Assembly (NCBI GenBank): GCA_003560595.1
Contig: PWKY01000070.1
Location: forward strand, 2,540-66,539
Reading direction: 5' to 3'
Length of the DNA: 64,000 nt
Origin: Thermoplasmata archaeon
GTDB lineage: Archaea > Thermoplasmatota > Thermoplasmata > Halarchaeoplasmatales > Halarchaeoplasmataceae
A program made the position numbers and the translations under genes. Below are positions 27,150-36,733 of this stretch, one piece after another (position 1 is the first letter of the stretch; each line of letters starts with the position of its first letter). The notes below the pieces were generated by a model. The model saw only the letters and a program-made list of their open reading frames with translations. It did not search any database and was not told the origin of the DNA.

Positions 27150-27872
27150 TCATTGACGACGCATGAGTATATCCATGAAATTGACTAGATGCGATGCGAT
27201 AGCTGGGTTGTTTGTGTAGCCACATGCATCGAAACCGGGGGACGCTAAAAGCGCTCTTTTACCATCGCTTATGATATCAGTAGCGATCAATCGTTCTCTG
27301 CGCTCAACCTTGGCCCACGCGAGAACCTTTTCCCCGGGCTCTGTGATTATGGTGGTGGAAACATTCCTTTTCTGGAGAGATTGAAACTCCGCATCTAATT
27401 CAGATAGTATATTTGAAAAATTAGGAGACGAAATTATTATCTCCTCGTTGGTCCGCTTAAGGAATTCACTTATCTTCTCGAATACCTTTTCCCTACCATA
27501 AATAGTGTAAACAACCTGTGGTTCGCCCTTTTCAGACAATATCTCATAGAGTGTGTTCAACCTACCGAAGACCTCGTCTAATTTAGAAGATAAACGCGAT
27601 TTTATTTCTAACGGCTCCGCTGGCCGATAAATTCTAGGGCGACCTTCGCTTACGATAACATACCCCATCTCGTGGAGAGTGTCCAGAGCTTTATATACTG
27701 AAGTACGGGGCAGTTCAACCGTTGACGCGATCGTCTCGGCATCGGCTACGCCGTGAGCAACAAGACCTGTGTACGTTCTTGCTTGGTACTCTGTGAATCC
27801 AAATCTTTGTAGCCTTTCAGATACTATAGAATATTCTTCCATGAAATCTTTTTCGAGCTCTTCTTCGAACAT
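27150..27872 (-). CDS. TrmB-family transcriptional regulator
   Basis: 240 aa. N-terminal TrmB wHTH (FGFTEYQARTYTGLVAHGVADAETIASTVELPRTSVYKALDTLHEMGYV). Divergent from the radical-SAM operon. Confidence 0.65.
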   Translation of the reverse strand: MFEEELEKDFMEEYSIVSERLQRFGFTEYQARTYTGLVAHGVADAETIASTVELPRTSVYKALDTLHEMGYVIVSEGRPRIYRPAEPLEIKSRLSSKLDEVFGRLNTLYEILSEKGEPQVVYTIYGREKVFEKISEFLKRTNEEIIISSPNFSNILSELDAEFQSLQKRNVSTTIITEPGEKVLAWAKVERRERLIATDIISDGKRALLASPGFDACGYTNNPAIASHLVNFMDILMRRQ

Positions 27873-27934
27873 TTGTAGCTCAAATCGCTACAAAATATTT
27901 AAGTCTTTGTCTTTACTCTTTTCAGTCGATATTC

Positions 27935-29512
27935 ATGGTAATACAAGATTCACTACTTGATAAAGGACTACCTAAAAAAACGGAATCCCTTTGTCCAGAG
28001 TGCAAAAAAGTGATCCCTGCAACCTTGGAAGATGAAGATGGGAAGGTTGTTATGCATAAGGAGTGCAGTGAACACGGAAAATTCAGAAGCATATACTGGT
28101 CCGACGTAGACCTATATTTAAAGGCAGAAAAATGGGCGTTTGACGGAGTCGGAGTAGATAACCCAGCTATAACCGATGCAAATAGCTGTCCAGATAACTG
28201 CGGACTTTGTAACTTACACCTCAGCCATACATGTTTAGCAAATGTAGATCTAACAAATAGATGTAATCTTAGATGCCCTATCTGTTTCGCTAACGCTAAC
28301 GACGCAGGTTATGTGTATGAACCATCATTTGATGAGATAATAGGGATGCTTGAAACCTTAAGAAACGAAAGGCCGGTACCGACGACGGCTGTACAGTTCT
28401 CCGGAGGTGAACCAACCGTACATCCTCGTTTTTTCGAGGTGATAAAGGCTGCATCGGACATGGGATACGCACAGATACAGGTAGCTACGAACGGTATAAA
28501 GCTGGCTGGAGATCCGAGTTATGCTCAAAGATGTGTTGAGAAGGGACTTCATACCGTGTATCTGCAGTTCGATGGTCTGAAAGAAGAAAACTACATACAA
28601 GCAAGGGGTAAACCTCTGCTTGAAGTAAAAAAGAAGGCTATAGAAAACTGTCGTTCAACCAAACCAAGACCATTAGCTACGGTACTAGTCCCTACCATCG
28701 TGAAGACCATTAACGATGATCAAGTAGGCGATATACTGAACTTCGCCATAGATAATATGGATGTGATAAGAGGTATAAACTATCAACCTGTTGCTTTCAC
28801 AGGTCGTATATCTCAAGAGGAACGCGAGAGCCAAAGATACACATTATCGGATCTAGCTATAGGGCTAGAAGAGCAAACAGACTTCCTTACACGAGATGAT
28901 TTCTATCCTGTTCCGTTCGTTACCCCCATATCGCAATTGATCTCTGTGATCAAAAATGATCCACAGGTGGCATTCACATCGCATCCTCACTGTGGTTTAG
29001 CTACCTATCTAGTAATAGATGACGATGGAAAGGTCACCCCTATAACCAAATATTTAGATGTGGAAGGTATGATGGAAAAGATGCTTGAGAAGTCGGAGGA
29101 GTGGAACACTTTCTTCCATAAAACTGCTTTCAAGATCGGTGGAAAGATCAAGAATGATAGAAGTAAACGTAAGAGTCTAGTAAAAAACTTCCAAAAGTAC
29201 TTCGGAGAATTCCTTACAGATAAAGAGCTACCAGGCGGTGTTACCATGGAAGCACTGATGGGCGACCTTCTAAAAAAGGGTGATAAAAAATCAGTAGGTG
29301 AGTTCTCATGGCGCACTATGTTCATAGGCGGTATGCACTTCCAAGACGATTATAACTACGATATAGAACGAGTAAAAAGATGTGTTATACATTACGCCAC
29401 TCCGGATGGAAGGATCATACCGTTCTGTGCTTTCAACGGAGGACCGACTTACCGAAAAGAGATCGAGAAAAAATTCTCAGTACCTCTAGACGAGTGGAGG
29501 GATAAAAAATGA
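27935..29512 (+). CDS. radical SAM enzyme with N-terminal rubredoxin-like Cys4 motif and extra Cys clusters (possibly tetraether-synthase/GDGT-MAS-like; function unproven)
   Basis: 525 aa. CNLRCPIC is a CxxxCxxC radical-SAM motif. Additional Cys motifs upstream: CPECKK...CSEHGK and SCPDNCGLC. Translationally coupled to the ferredoxin and geranylgeranyl reductase genes. Confidence 0.65.
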   Translation: MVIQDSLLDKGLPKKTESLCPECKKVIPATLEDEDGKVVMHKECSEHGKFRSIYWSDVDLYLKAEKWAFDGVGVDNPAITDANSCPDNCGLCNLHLSHTCLANVDLTNRCNLRCPICFANANDAGYVYEPSFDEIIGMLETLRNERPVPTTAVQFSGGEPTVHPRFFEVIKAASDMGYAQIQVATNGIKLAGDPSYAQRCVEKGLHTVYLQFDGLKEENYIQARGKPLLEVKKKAIENCRSTKPRPLATVLVPTIVKTINDDQVGDILNFAIDNMDVIRGINYQPVAFTGRISQEERESQRYTLSDLAIGLEEQTDFLTRDDFYPVPFVTPISQLISVIKNDPQVAFTSHPHCGLATYLVIDDDGKVTPITKYLDVEGMMEKMLEKSEEWNTFFHKTAFKIGGKIKNDRSKRKSLVKNFQKYFGEFLTDKELPGGVTMEALMGDLLKKGDKKSVGEFSWRTMFIGGMHFQDDYNYDIERVKRCVIHYATPDGRIIPFCAFNGGPTYRKEIEKKFSVPLDEWRDKK

Positions 29513-29685
29513 AAAAACCAAAGATAAACGGTGATATGTGTATGAAGTGTGGAGCATGTGTAGGTTCTTGTCCAGTAAACGCCATGTTCCTCAGGGAATA
29601 TATTGTAGAAGTGAACGATGACTGCACCGGATGCGGGCTTTGTAAAAAAATATGTCCAGTAGGTGCTGTTACACAGGAGGAATGA
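29509..29685 (+). CDS. 2x[4Fe-4S] ferredoxin (58 aa; below the ORF-track length cut-off)
   Basis: Manual translation gives MKKPKINGDMCMKCGACVGSCPVNAMFLREYIVEVNDDCTGCGLCKKICPVGAVTQEE. Two CxxCxxCxxxCP motifs. The ATG overlaps the radical-SAM stop (ATGA) and its own stop overlaps the GGR start. Confidence 0.7.
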   Translation: MKKPKINGDMCMKCGACVGSCPVNAMFLREYIVEVNDDCTGCGLCKKICPVGAVTQEE

Positions 29686-30881
29686 GTATGAGCGATGTTT
29701 TAGAATATGATGTATTGATAATCGGAGCCGGTCCCGCCGGAAGTGCCACCGCTAGATATGCAGCTAAGAACGGTGCAAGAACACTTGTCATCGAAAAAAG
29801 ACAAGAGATAGGCTCTCCTGTTCGCTGCGGTGAAGGAGTTTCACTTTCATGGATAGAAGAGTTAGAGATAAAAGAATACAAAAGATGGACCGCTGCAAAA
29901 GTTAAAGGCGCCCGACTTTATTCGCCCTCTGGGCATGTGCTGGAGATAACTGAAAAAATGGCCGGCAACGAAGTAGGCGTAGTTTGTGAAAGAGACGTCT
30001 TCGACAAGGAGATGGCAAGGTTAGCTGTTGAAGAAGGCGCAGATTACATGATGAAAACCACCGCAGTTTCTCTTATCAAAGAAGATGGGAAAATATGTGG
30101 GGTTAAGGCAAGGTCCATGGGTAAAGAACTCGAGATCAGAGCGGACCTAGTGATCGGAGCCGATGGCTTCGAGTCACAGGTAGGAAGATGGGCAGGGATA
30201 TACGATGCCATTCCACCTCAGGATATCATGACCTGTTTCCAGTATAGGATGGCGGGTATCGATTTTGATCCAAATTACACTCATTTTTACATGGGCAGCT
30301 CTGCACCCGGGGGATACGTTTGGGTATTTCCCAAAGGAGAGGGTATCGCCAATGTAGGGTTAGGGGTTCAGCTTAGTATGCTAGACGGTAAAAAAACACC
30401 AAAAGAATATCTTGACGAATTCATAGCATCCCATGATCAATTCAAGGATGGTGAACCTATAGATATGGTAGCAGGAGCGGTAGCAGTAACACATCCCCCT
30501 GAAACGGTCACCACCGACGGTTTACTTCTAGTTGGAGATGCATCGCGGGTGGTAGACCCTATGACTGGCGGGGGCATCGTTAACGGGATGAAGCAGGGTA
30601 AGATCGCAGGGGAGTTTGCGGCAAAATGTGTTAGTGAAGGGCGTTTCGACAAGGAATTCTTGAAGGGTTACGAAAAAGAATGGAGAGATCAGTTGGGAAA
30701 CAAGCTTTGGCGAAACTACATGGCTAAAGAAAAAGCAACTAAACTTACCGACGATACATTCGATAAAGTGATCGATGCACTATCTGAACTAAAACTGAAT
30801 CAAGTAAGTATAGGAGCCATACTGGAAGGTGTGAAGGAGAAATATCCTGAACTGATCGAGGAATTCCAGGACATGTTATGA
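29682..30881 (+). CDS. geranylgeranyl reductase family flavoprotein (digeranylgeranylglycerophospholipid reductase-like)
   Basis: FAD fingerprint (DVLIIGAGPAGSATARYAAKNGARTLVIEKRQEIGSPVRCGEG). Overall GGR-family similarity. The likely true start is ATG at 29682, preceded by AGGAGG; the ORF-track start at 29652 lies inside the ferredoxin gene. Confidence 0.8.
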   Translation: MSMSDVLEYDVLIIGAGPAGSATARYAAKNGARTLVIEKRQEIGSPVRCGEGVSLSWIEELEIKEYKRWTAAKVKGARLYSPSGHVLEITEKMAGNEVGVVCERDVFDKEMARLAVEEGADYMMKTTAVSLIKEDGKICGVKARSMGKELEIRADLVIGADGFESQVGRWAGIYDAIPPQDIMTCFQYRMAGIDFDPNYTHFYMGSSAPGGYVWVFPKGEGIANVGLGVQLSMLDGKKTPKEYLDEFIASHDQFKDGEPIDMVAGAVAVTHPPETVTTDGLLLVGDASRVVDPMTGGGIVNGMKQGKIAGEFAAKCVSEGRFDKEFLKGYEKEWRDQLGNKLWRNYMAKEKATKLTDDTFDKVIDALSELKLNQVSIGAILEGVKEKYPELIEEFQDML

Positions 30882-31213
30882 AGAACATCATATGTCACGC
30901 TGAAAAAGAACGATGCATAAAGATAGGGGAACAACCCCTTCCACTATGCTCTCGATGTACTGGAGTATATATCGGCATGCTCATAGGACTTATCATCGGC
31001 CTTTTCATACTTAGGATCTATGAATGTTCAGCTTTAAAACTATTCTATGTAACTCTGCTCTTCGCAGTTCCTGCAGCTTTGGATGGATTTATGCAGGAGA
31101 TGATGGGAAAAAAAAGCTCAAATACCCGACGATTGATCACTGGTTTTTTACTCGGGTGGATCATGGGGTTAGATATAATGTGGATTTCTCTTAGGGTCAT
31201 CCGATATCAATAA
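30878..31213 (+). CDS. DUF2085-like small membrane protein with CxxC...CxxC
   Basis: 111 aa. CHAEKERC...CSRCTGVY followed by TM helices. Overlaps the GGR stop (ATGA). Confidence 0.5.
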   Translation: MKNIICHAEKERCIKIGEQPLPLCSRCTGVYIGMLIGLIIGLFILRIYECSALKLFYVTLLFAVPAALDGFMQEMMGKKSSNTRRLITGFLLGWIMGLDIMWISLRVIRYQ

Positions 31214-31238
31214 ATAAGAAGGATCAGTTTACGAACCC

Positions 31239-32204
31239 ATGGTCACCATGGTTACGGGCAGTGCGGGATTCATCGGATTCCACGTTGCCAAAACCCTATT
31301 AGAAGAGGGAAAAGATGTAGTTGGAGTCGACAATGTTAACGAGTATTATTCGCCGGAACTCAAATGGAAAAGGAATTCGATTCTAGAGGGATACGATCGA
31401 TTTTCATTTCATCATCTCGATGTGTGTGAGTACAAAACTCTGATCGATGTTGCTCGAAATAAAGATATTGAAAGGATATGCCATCTAGCGGCCCAAGCTG
31501 GTGTTAGGTACTCTATAGATGACCCTTTCACATACCAAAGATCCAACCTTGAAGGGTTCACCAGTATGCTTGAGGTGGCTAGAAATATCGATATCGAAAA
31601 TTTCGTTTATGCTTCATCTTCCAGTGTTTACGGCGGGAACAAGGACATACCCTATGACACTGATGTAGATATAACCAAGCCAGTATCATTTTACGCGGCA
31701 ACAAAGGTAGCCAACGAAGTGATGGCTCATTCCTATAGCCATCTATACGGAGTACCTTCCACCGGTCTGCGTTTCTTCACAGTTTATGGGCCGTGGGGAC
31801 GTCCGGATATGGCTTTGTTTAAGTTCACAGATAGGATAGTTAGGGACGAGCCTATAGACGTTTACAATCATGGAGATCTTAGAAGAGACTTCACATATAT
31901 CGACGATATAGTAGACGGAGTTATATCCGCACTTGAAAGACCCTTTGATTTTGAAATATTCAACCTAGGCAGTCATCGTCCGGTTGAGTTGATGTACTTT
32001 ATAAAGGTGTTAGAGAACGTTTTGGGCAAAGAGGCAAAGAAAAACATGATGCCTATGCAGCCGGGAGATGTGAAAGAAACCTATGCGGATATCGATAGAT
32101 CTAGGGCGAAGCTTGGATTCGAGCCTAAGATATCTATCGAAGAGGGTATAGAAAGATTCATCTCATGGTATGGAGAGTACTACGGTGTTGATTTTCCACT
32201 GTGA
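31239..32204 (+). CDS. NAD-dependent nucleotide-sugar epimerase/dehydratase (UDP-glucuronate/UDP-GlcNAc 4-epimerase-like, SDR superfamily)
   Basis: GxxGxxG Rossmann motif (VTGSAGFIGFHV). YxxxK catalytic motif (YAATKVANE). Length and conservation match extended SDR epimerases. Confidence 0.75.
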   Translation: MVTMVTGSAGFIGFHVAKTLLEEGKDVVGVDNVNEYYSPELKWKRNSILEGYDRFSFHHLDVCEYKTLIDVARNKDIERICHLAAQAGVRYSIDDPFTYQRSNLEGFTSMLEVARNIDIENFVYASSSSVYGGNKDIPYDTDVDITKPVSFYAATKVANEVMAHSYSHLYGVPSTGLRFFTVYGPWGRPDMALFKFTDRIVRDEPIDVYNHGDLRRDFTYIDDIVDGVISALERPFDFEIFNLGSHRPVELMYFIKVLENVLGKEAKKNMMPMQPGDVKETYADIDRSRAKLGFEPKISIEEGIERFISWYGEYYGVDFPL

Positions 32205-32280
32205 TGATCTTTCGTAAATCGGTGGATAAGAGATTAATCAAAAATTCAAAATGTAAAAAAATTTAATATGTACTGATGGG

Positions 32281-33738
32281 ATGGGGTTATTGATTGGGAT
32301 GCGCGAGGCCATTCTTAAAGAATTAGCGGATAAAGATACATTGCTCGCTCCGGGGGCTTGGGAATATCTGGATTCAGTAGATGACCCTGTTTCATTAGTT
32401 AGAGACATGGTAAAAAAATCAAATGAACTGCCCTTCCCAGTTGGGCGTGATTGTTTAGCTTCTTTTGTTGAATCTCCAAAAAAAACTTCAGAAAAATGCC
32501 AGCCAAAAGAATTAGTAACCCCGGCGTGCAGTGAGATCATAATCAACTCAGATATAACCGGCAACTCTACTTGTACCGGTGATCTGTCCGACTTCACCAA
32601 TTACTTTTTAAACAGATATAAAAAACTAAAAACTATTTTAGGCAAGCGAAGAGAAGCAAAAGGTGTCCTAAGTATCAACAGAGTTAAGGATAGAAAGGGA
32701 CAAGCTAGTATCATAGCGATGATAGGAGATATTAGCACATCTTCTAATGGAAATAAATTTCTAACCCTCGAAGATCCCACTGGTAGAATGAATGGTTACA
32801 TATCATCCGACAGCAAGGCTTTTGATAAAGATATTTTAGAGGATGAGGTTGTTATCGCTATCGGGAGGGTGTGGGAAAAGAAGGATGGATTCGACACTAC
32901 CTTCTCTATAGAAGATATCATAAGGCCGAGCGTACCTAGAAGTGGAAACAATAGAAAAAAACAAGCCAGCGGTATGATTGCCTTTATATGTGATATCCAT
33001 GTAGGTAGTAAAACCTTCTTAAAAGAATACTGGGAAAATTTCCTTGCATGGATAGAATCTGAAGATGAAACGGTTCAAAAAATCAATTATCTTATCATCG
33101 CAGGAGATCTCATAGATGGGATAGGCATATACCCAAACCAAGAAGATGAACTTGAGATCAAAGATATTTACGAACAGTACCGCACATTAGGAAATATGCT
33201 TGAACGTGTTCCGAGTAGGATCAAGATAATTGCCATACCTGGCAATCACGACATAGTTCGGAACATGGAACCTCAACCATCTTTGCCCGAAGAAGTTCAA
33301 GCATTATTCCCGAATAACGTAAAGTTCAGTGGTAATCCCTCACTCATCAATATCGGCGACCTGAAGATACTAGTCTATCATGGTGGAAGCATCAACGATA
33401 TGTCAGATATGCTGACCGATGTCGACCCGGATAAACCATGTTCAGCCATGAAAGAGATGCTCGAAAGGAGGCATCTTGTACCGGTTTATGGAAAAAAAAC
33501 CCCAATAGCACCGGAAAAAGAAGATATGTTAGTTATCGAAGAAGTGCCAGACATATTTGTTACGGGACATATGCATAAAACAGATGTGGAAACACACCAT
33601 GGTACACTTCTGATAAATGCATCGACATGGCAGGACCAGACAGACTATCAAAAGATGCGAGACATAAAACCGGACCCAGCTAAAATAATCCTATATGATC
33701 CGGAGAGGGCAAAGATAGATATTAAAAAGTGTTACTGA
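32281..33738 (+). CDS. DNA polymerase II (PolD) small subunit DP1-like, calcineurin-type phosphoesterase
   Basis: 485 aa. Metallophosphoesterase motifs: ICDIHVGS, IIAGDLIDG, IPGNHD, GHMH. N-terminal helical region. The assignment to PolD DP1 rather than another phosphoesterase is by length and architecture only. Confidence 0.55.
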   Translation: MGLLIGMREAILKELADKDTLLAPGAWEYLDSVDDPVSLVRDMVKKSNELPFPVGRDCLASFVESPKKTSEKCQPKELVTPACSEIIINSDITGNSTCTGDLSDFTNYFLNRYKKLKTILGKRREAKGVLSINRVKDRKGQASIIAMIGDISTSSNGNKFLTLEDPTGRMNGYISSDSKAFDKDILEDEVVIAIGRVWEKKDGFDTTFSIEDIIRPSVPRSGNNRKKQASGMIAFICDIHVGSKTFLKEYWENFLAWIESEDETVQKINYLIIAGDLIDGIGIYPNQEDELEIKDIYEQYRTLGNMLERVPSRIKIIAIPGNHDIVRNMEPQPSLPEEVQALFPNNVKFSGNPSLINIGDLKILVYHGGSINDMSDMLTDVDPDKPCSAMKEMLERRHLVPVYGKKTPIAPEKEDMLVIEEVPDIFVTGHMHKTDVETHHGTLLINASTWQDQTDYQKMRDIKPDPAKIILYDPERAKIDIKKCY

Positions 33739-36203
33739 GTGATTTCAGATAAAACGGACTCAACTTTCTTTAGGTACTGCTCGGCCCCGATATTATCGAA
33801 TGTTGAGCGAGCATCTTCAAAATACATTTTCGCTTTTTCGATATCTCCAATACACCTATAGATCACACCTATATTGTACTTGGTTTCTGCTTTTGTGAAA
33901 GGGATATCAAGATCAGCGATGACGTCTATAGCTTTCCACATATGATTTAAAGCATCTTCATAATTTCCTTCGATCCTTTCAATAATCCCCCTTACACGAT
34001 AGACGGATGAGATACCTACTAGATCATGTAAATTTCTCATAATACTTTCAGCCCTTTTTGCATAAATGAGGGCTTTCTTTGACTCACCTTCTCTGGCTAA
34101 GGCTTCGCCCTTGTTGAAGTAACCCCAGGCGATCAACGTTTTATTTCCAATTTTCTTTGCATAATCTATTGTTTTATCGAAGTTCTCAATGGCTTTATCC
34201 CATTCTTCTTTTTTCATGTACTGATCGCCCAGATTATTGTATGCCCTTGACAACTCCCTCCATGAATTTTCTTCTACCAAGGTCGGGATCGCTTTTGAAT
34301 AATACTCGATGGCTCTATCGTTATCTCCCCTATGTGCATATGTACTTCCCATATCCAGATATATCAGAGATAGGGTAGATTTTTCATCGGCTTTTTCAGC
34401 TACCTCTATGGCTGTTTCGTAGTGTTCTATAGATTCTTCGAACATCCCTTCACGCCAGTGTATGTATCCTAAACCCTTATTGGAATCTGCTATCCCAACT
34501 AGATCTCCGATTTCATTTGAAATGCTGAGAGATTTTTCATAATACTTCTCAGCCTCGGAATATTCCTGGATCTCCCTTAGGATGTAAGCGATCATCCTTA
34601 AACACTCCGATTCCATCTTTCTATTTTCTCTATTCTGAGATATCTCCAAGAGTTCGTTGAAAACACTTGTAGCCGTATCCCAATCACCTACATCAAAGGA
34701 TAAATTACCTATTTGTTTTAAAAGTTCTATTTCTTTTTCTTCGGGATCATCTAATTCGATCTTATTCAACGATTCCATAGCATTTTGAAAATGCTCGATG
34801 GCATTCTCGATGGCGAAACTATTCAGTGCCTTTTCAGCTGCCTTTAGTGAGTAATCATATGCCTTTTGATAATTTTTGCCTTCATAATAATGCCGGCTCA
34901 ATGCAAATATGTATTCATCTATATCGTCGATGAAAATTTCTTCTATGGCCTTGCCTATATGATTGTGAAGGACACGCCTACGGCTCTTTCCAAGAGTCGA
35001 ATACATTGTCAGTCGTATTTGAACATGGTTAAACCTGAATACCTCTTCATCCATATTTTCTTTCTCATGGATCAATCCTCTGTTTTCAAGTTCATCGATA
35101 ATGTCTAAAAGCTCAAGAACATCCATCTTTATGGAGTTTTCAAGTACACGAAAATCAAATTCATTACCTATGACCGATGCATACATCAGCACCTTTTTTT
35201 CCGCCTTATTTAGTCTCTCTATACGCCGAGTAGTGATATCTTTGATTGAAGATGGAACTATAACATCAGATAGTGTTTCTTCGGGGTTCCAATCGTAAGA
35301 ATAAGGATCGATTATACCCTCCTCCATCATGGAATTGAGTATTTCTGTTATGTAATATGGATTACCTTCTGTTTCACGGTAGATCGTAAGTAAAAAAGAT
35401 TGTGGAAGGTCTTCAGAATTCAGGAGCTCCTTAACCATACTAGAAGTGTCTTTAAAGGATAATCTATCTACTTTGATCTCTTCAACCAGCTTTTCTTCTT
35501 TCATCCGGTCCAACACAGAACCCAATGGAAAATCCTGATCACCGATCAACTCCTCAGGACGGTATGCACCGAGAATGAGAACTCTACTATCGCGGATATG
35601 TCGGATCAGGTGATGTAATAACTGGGCGGAGGCCCCATCTATCCACTGAAGATCATCGATGAATAATAGTACAGGGCGTTCATCGGAAAGTTCTTTCACC
35701 AATCCTGTTATCTTATCAAACATCATCTCCCTTCGATCGGACAATGAAACATCGATGGTTTTATTTTCTTCCTCGGAGGTGACACCCAATAGACCCATGG
35801 GGATCCCACCAGCCCTTGTTTGTGGAGTTGTAGATCCGATAACACTGGGATTCACTGAATCCTCCTCTTCCTTACCTCCAGATATGTACTCGTCCAATGC
35901 TTCAAAAAAAGGTATATAAGGATCTGTACTTTCGAAGTAAAGACACCTCCCTCTTAAAACATTAAAATCCTGCTCTCCACATATCTCAGCAAACTTCTCG
36001 GCGATTATAGTTTTACCCACGCCTGCTTCTCCTTTCAATAGTATCAAATGTCCCTTTGATTCCAATACATCTTTAATATTGTTTTTCAGCGTATTGAGTT
36101 CCTGTTTTCTATTTACGAATTTTAGAAGGTCTGTTTTTTGCTTCTGGGTATCTACCATGATCAATATATCAATTGCTGAGGTTATTATTAAGACTTGTCC
36201 CAA
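33732..36203 (-). CDS. STAND/AAA-type P-loop ATPase fused to C-terminal TPR repeats
   Basis: 823 aa. Walker A (LLKGEAGVGKT). Walker B (VLLFIDDLQW). A long array of TPR-like repeats follows (AIEYYSKAI, AIENFDKTIDYAKKIGN, and others). No DNA-binding or effector domain was recognised. Confidence 0.6.
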   Translation of the reverse strand: MGQVLIITSAIDILIMVDTQKQKTDLLKFVNRKQELNTLKNNIKDVLESKGHLILLKGEAGVGKTIIAEKFAEICGEQDFNVLRGRCLYFESTDPYIPFFEALDEYISGGKEEEDSVNPSVIGSTTPQTRAGGIPMGLLGVTSEEENKTIDVSLSDRREMMFDKITGLVKELSDERPVLLFIDDLQWIDGASAQLLHHLIRHIRDSRVLILGAYRPEELIGDQDFPLGSVLDRMKEEKLVEEIKVDRLSFKDTSSMVKELLNSEDLPQSFLLTIYRETEGNPYYITEILNSMMEEGIIDPYSYDWNPEETLSDVIVPSSIKDITTRRIERLNKAEKKVLMYASVIGNEFDFRVLENSIKMDVLELLDIIDELENRGLIHEKENMDEEVFRFNHVQIRLTMYSTLGKSRRRVLHNHIGKAIEEIFIDDIDEYIFALSRHYYEGKNYQKAYDYSLKAAEKALNSFAIENAIEHFQNAMESLNKIELDDPEEKEIELLKQIGNLSFDVGDWDTATSVFNELLEISQNRENRKMESECLRMIAYILREIQEYSEAEKYYEKSLSISNEIGDLVGIADSNKGLGYIHWREGMFEESIEHYETAIEVAEKADEKSTLSLIYLDMGSTYAHRGDNDRAIEYYSKAIPTLVEENSWRELSRAYNNLGDQYMKKEEWDKAIENFDKTIDYAKKIGNKTLIAWGYFNKGEALAREGESKKALIYAKRAESIMRNLHDLVGISSVYRVRGIIERIEGNYEDALNHMWKAIDVIADLDIPFTKAETKYNIGVIYRCIGDIEKAKMYFEDARSTFDNIGAEQYLKKVESVLSEITQ

Positions 36204-36298
36204 TTCATCAAATAATTGCCCTTGACTCGTACGATATGTTTAAGAGATATGACAAACCACCGAAATCTTTAAATTCTTTTATGTGCATTAGTTATTTG

Positions 36299-36326
36299 TC
36301 AGACGTATAAACGATATACGTCCGAC
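36299..36326. promoter_or_regulatory. perfect 8-bp inverted repeat GACGTATA-n5-TATACGTC (candidate operator/promoter element) upstream of the cdrS-like gene
   Basis: The repeat at 36303-36323 is seen directly. It lies about 25-45 bp upstream of ATG 36348, next to an A/T-rich TATA-like tract (taaaaataaa). Confidence 0.4.
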
Positions 36327-36347
36327 TAAAAATAAACAGGTGCCAAT

Positions 36348-36668
36348 ATGGCGTCAGACACAAAACGTATAACGGTTAGAATACCAACAGACCTGTCGGA
36401 TGGATTAGAAAGGTTAGTTGAATTAGGAGAATATTCAACAGTATCCGATGCCATCCGCGCAGCGATAACAAACCTTATAGATAATAAGAACGCTCCCGAA
36501 CACATATCTAAAGTGACTGTTGATCTACCTAAGAAAAATGTGGATGATATAGAAAACTTGGTCAACGAGGGAGAATCGATCAACGTTGACGACGCTATCA
36601 GAACAGCGGTAAGGGAATATGTAAAAGATAGGATCGAGCAGTACAAAAGGCAGAAGATGCAGATCTAA
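36348..36668 (+). CDS. tandem ribbon-helix-helix (CopG-like) protein, CdrS-like, upstream of an ftsZ2-like gene
   Basis: 106 aa. Two RHH repeats: RITVRIPTDLSDGLERLVELGEYSTVSDAIRAAI and KVTVDLPKKNVDDIENLVNEGESINVDDAIRTAV. Its position immediately 5' of an FtsZ-family gene mirrors the cdrS-ftsZ2 arrangement. Confidence 0.5.
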   Translation: MASDTKRITVRIPTDLSDGLERLVELGEYSTVSDAIRAAITNLIDNKNAPEHISKVTVDLPKKNVDDIENLVNEGESINVDDAIRTAVREYVKDRIEQYKRQKMQI

Positions 36669-36733
36669 CCAATGACTATCTAGCATCACTTCTGGATTAG
36701 GCATTGATCTCCTGTAGTATAGGCGGAAAAAAG

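Noticed and set aside
29652-29681. ORF-track start of the GGR gene at 29652
   Set aside because: That ATG lies inside the ferredoxin gene in another frame. The ATG at 29682, preceded by AGGAGG and overlapping the ferredoxin stop, is the more plausible start.
32238-32600. 120-aa minus-strand ORF
   Set aside because: It lies entirely inside the N-terminal part of the PolD-DP1-like gene on the opposite strand and has no motif.
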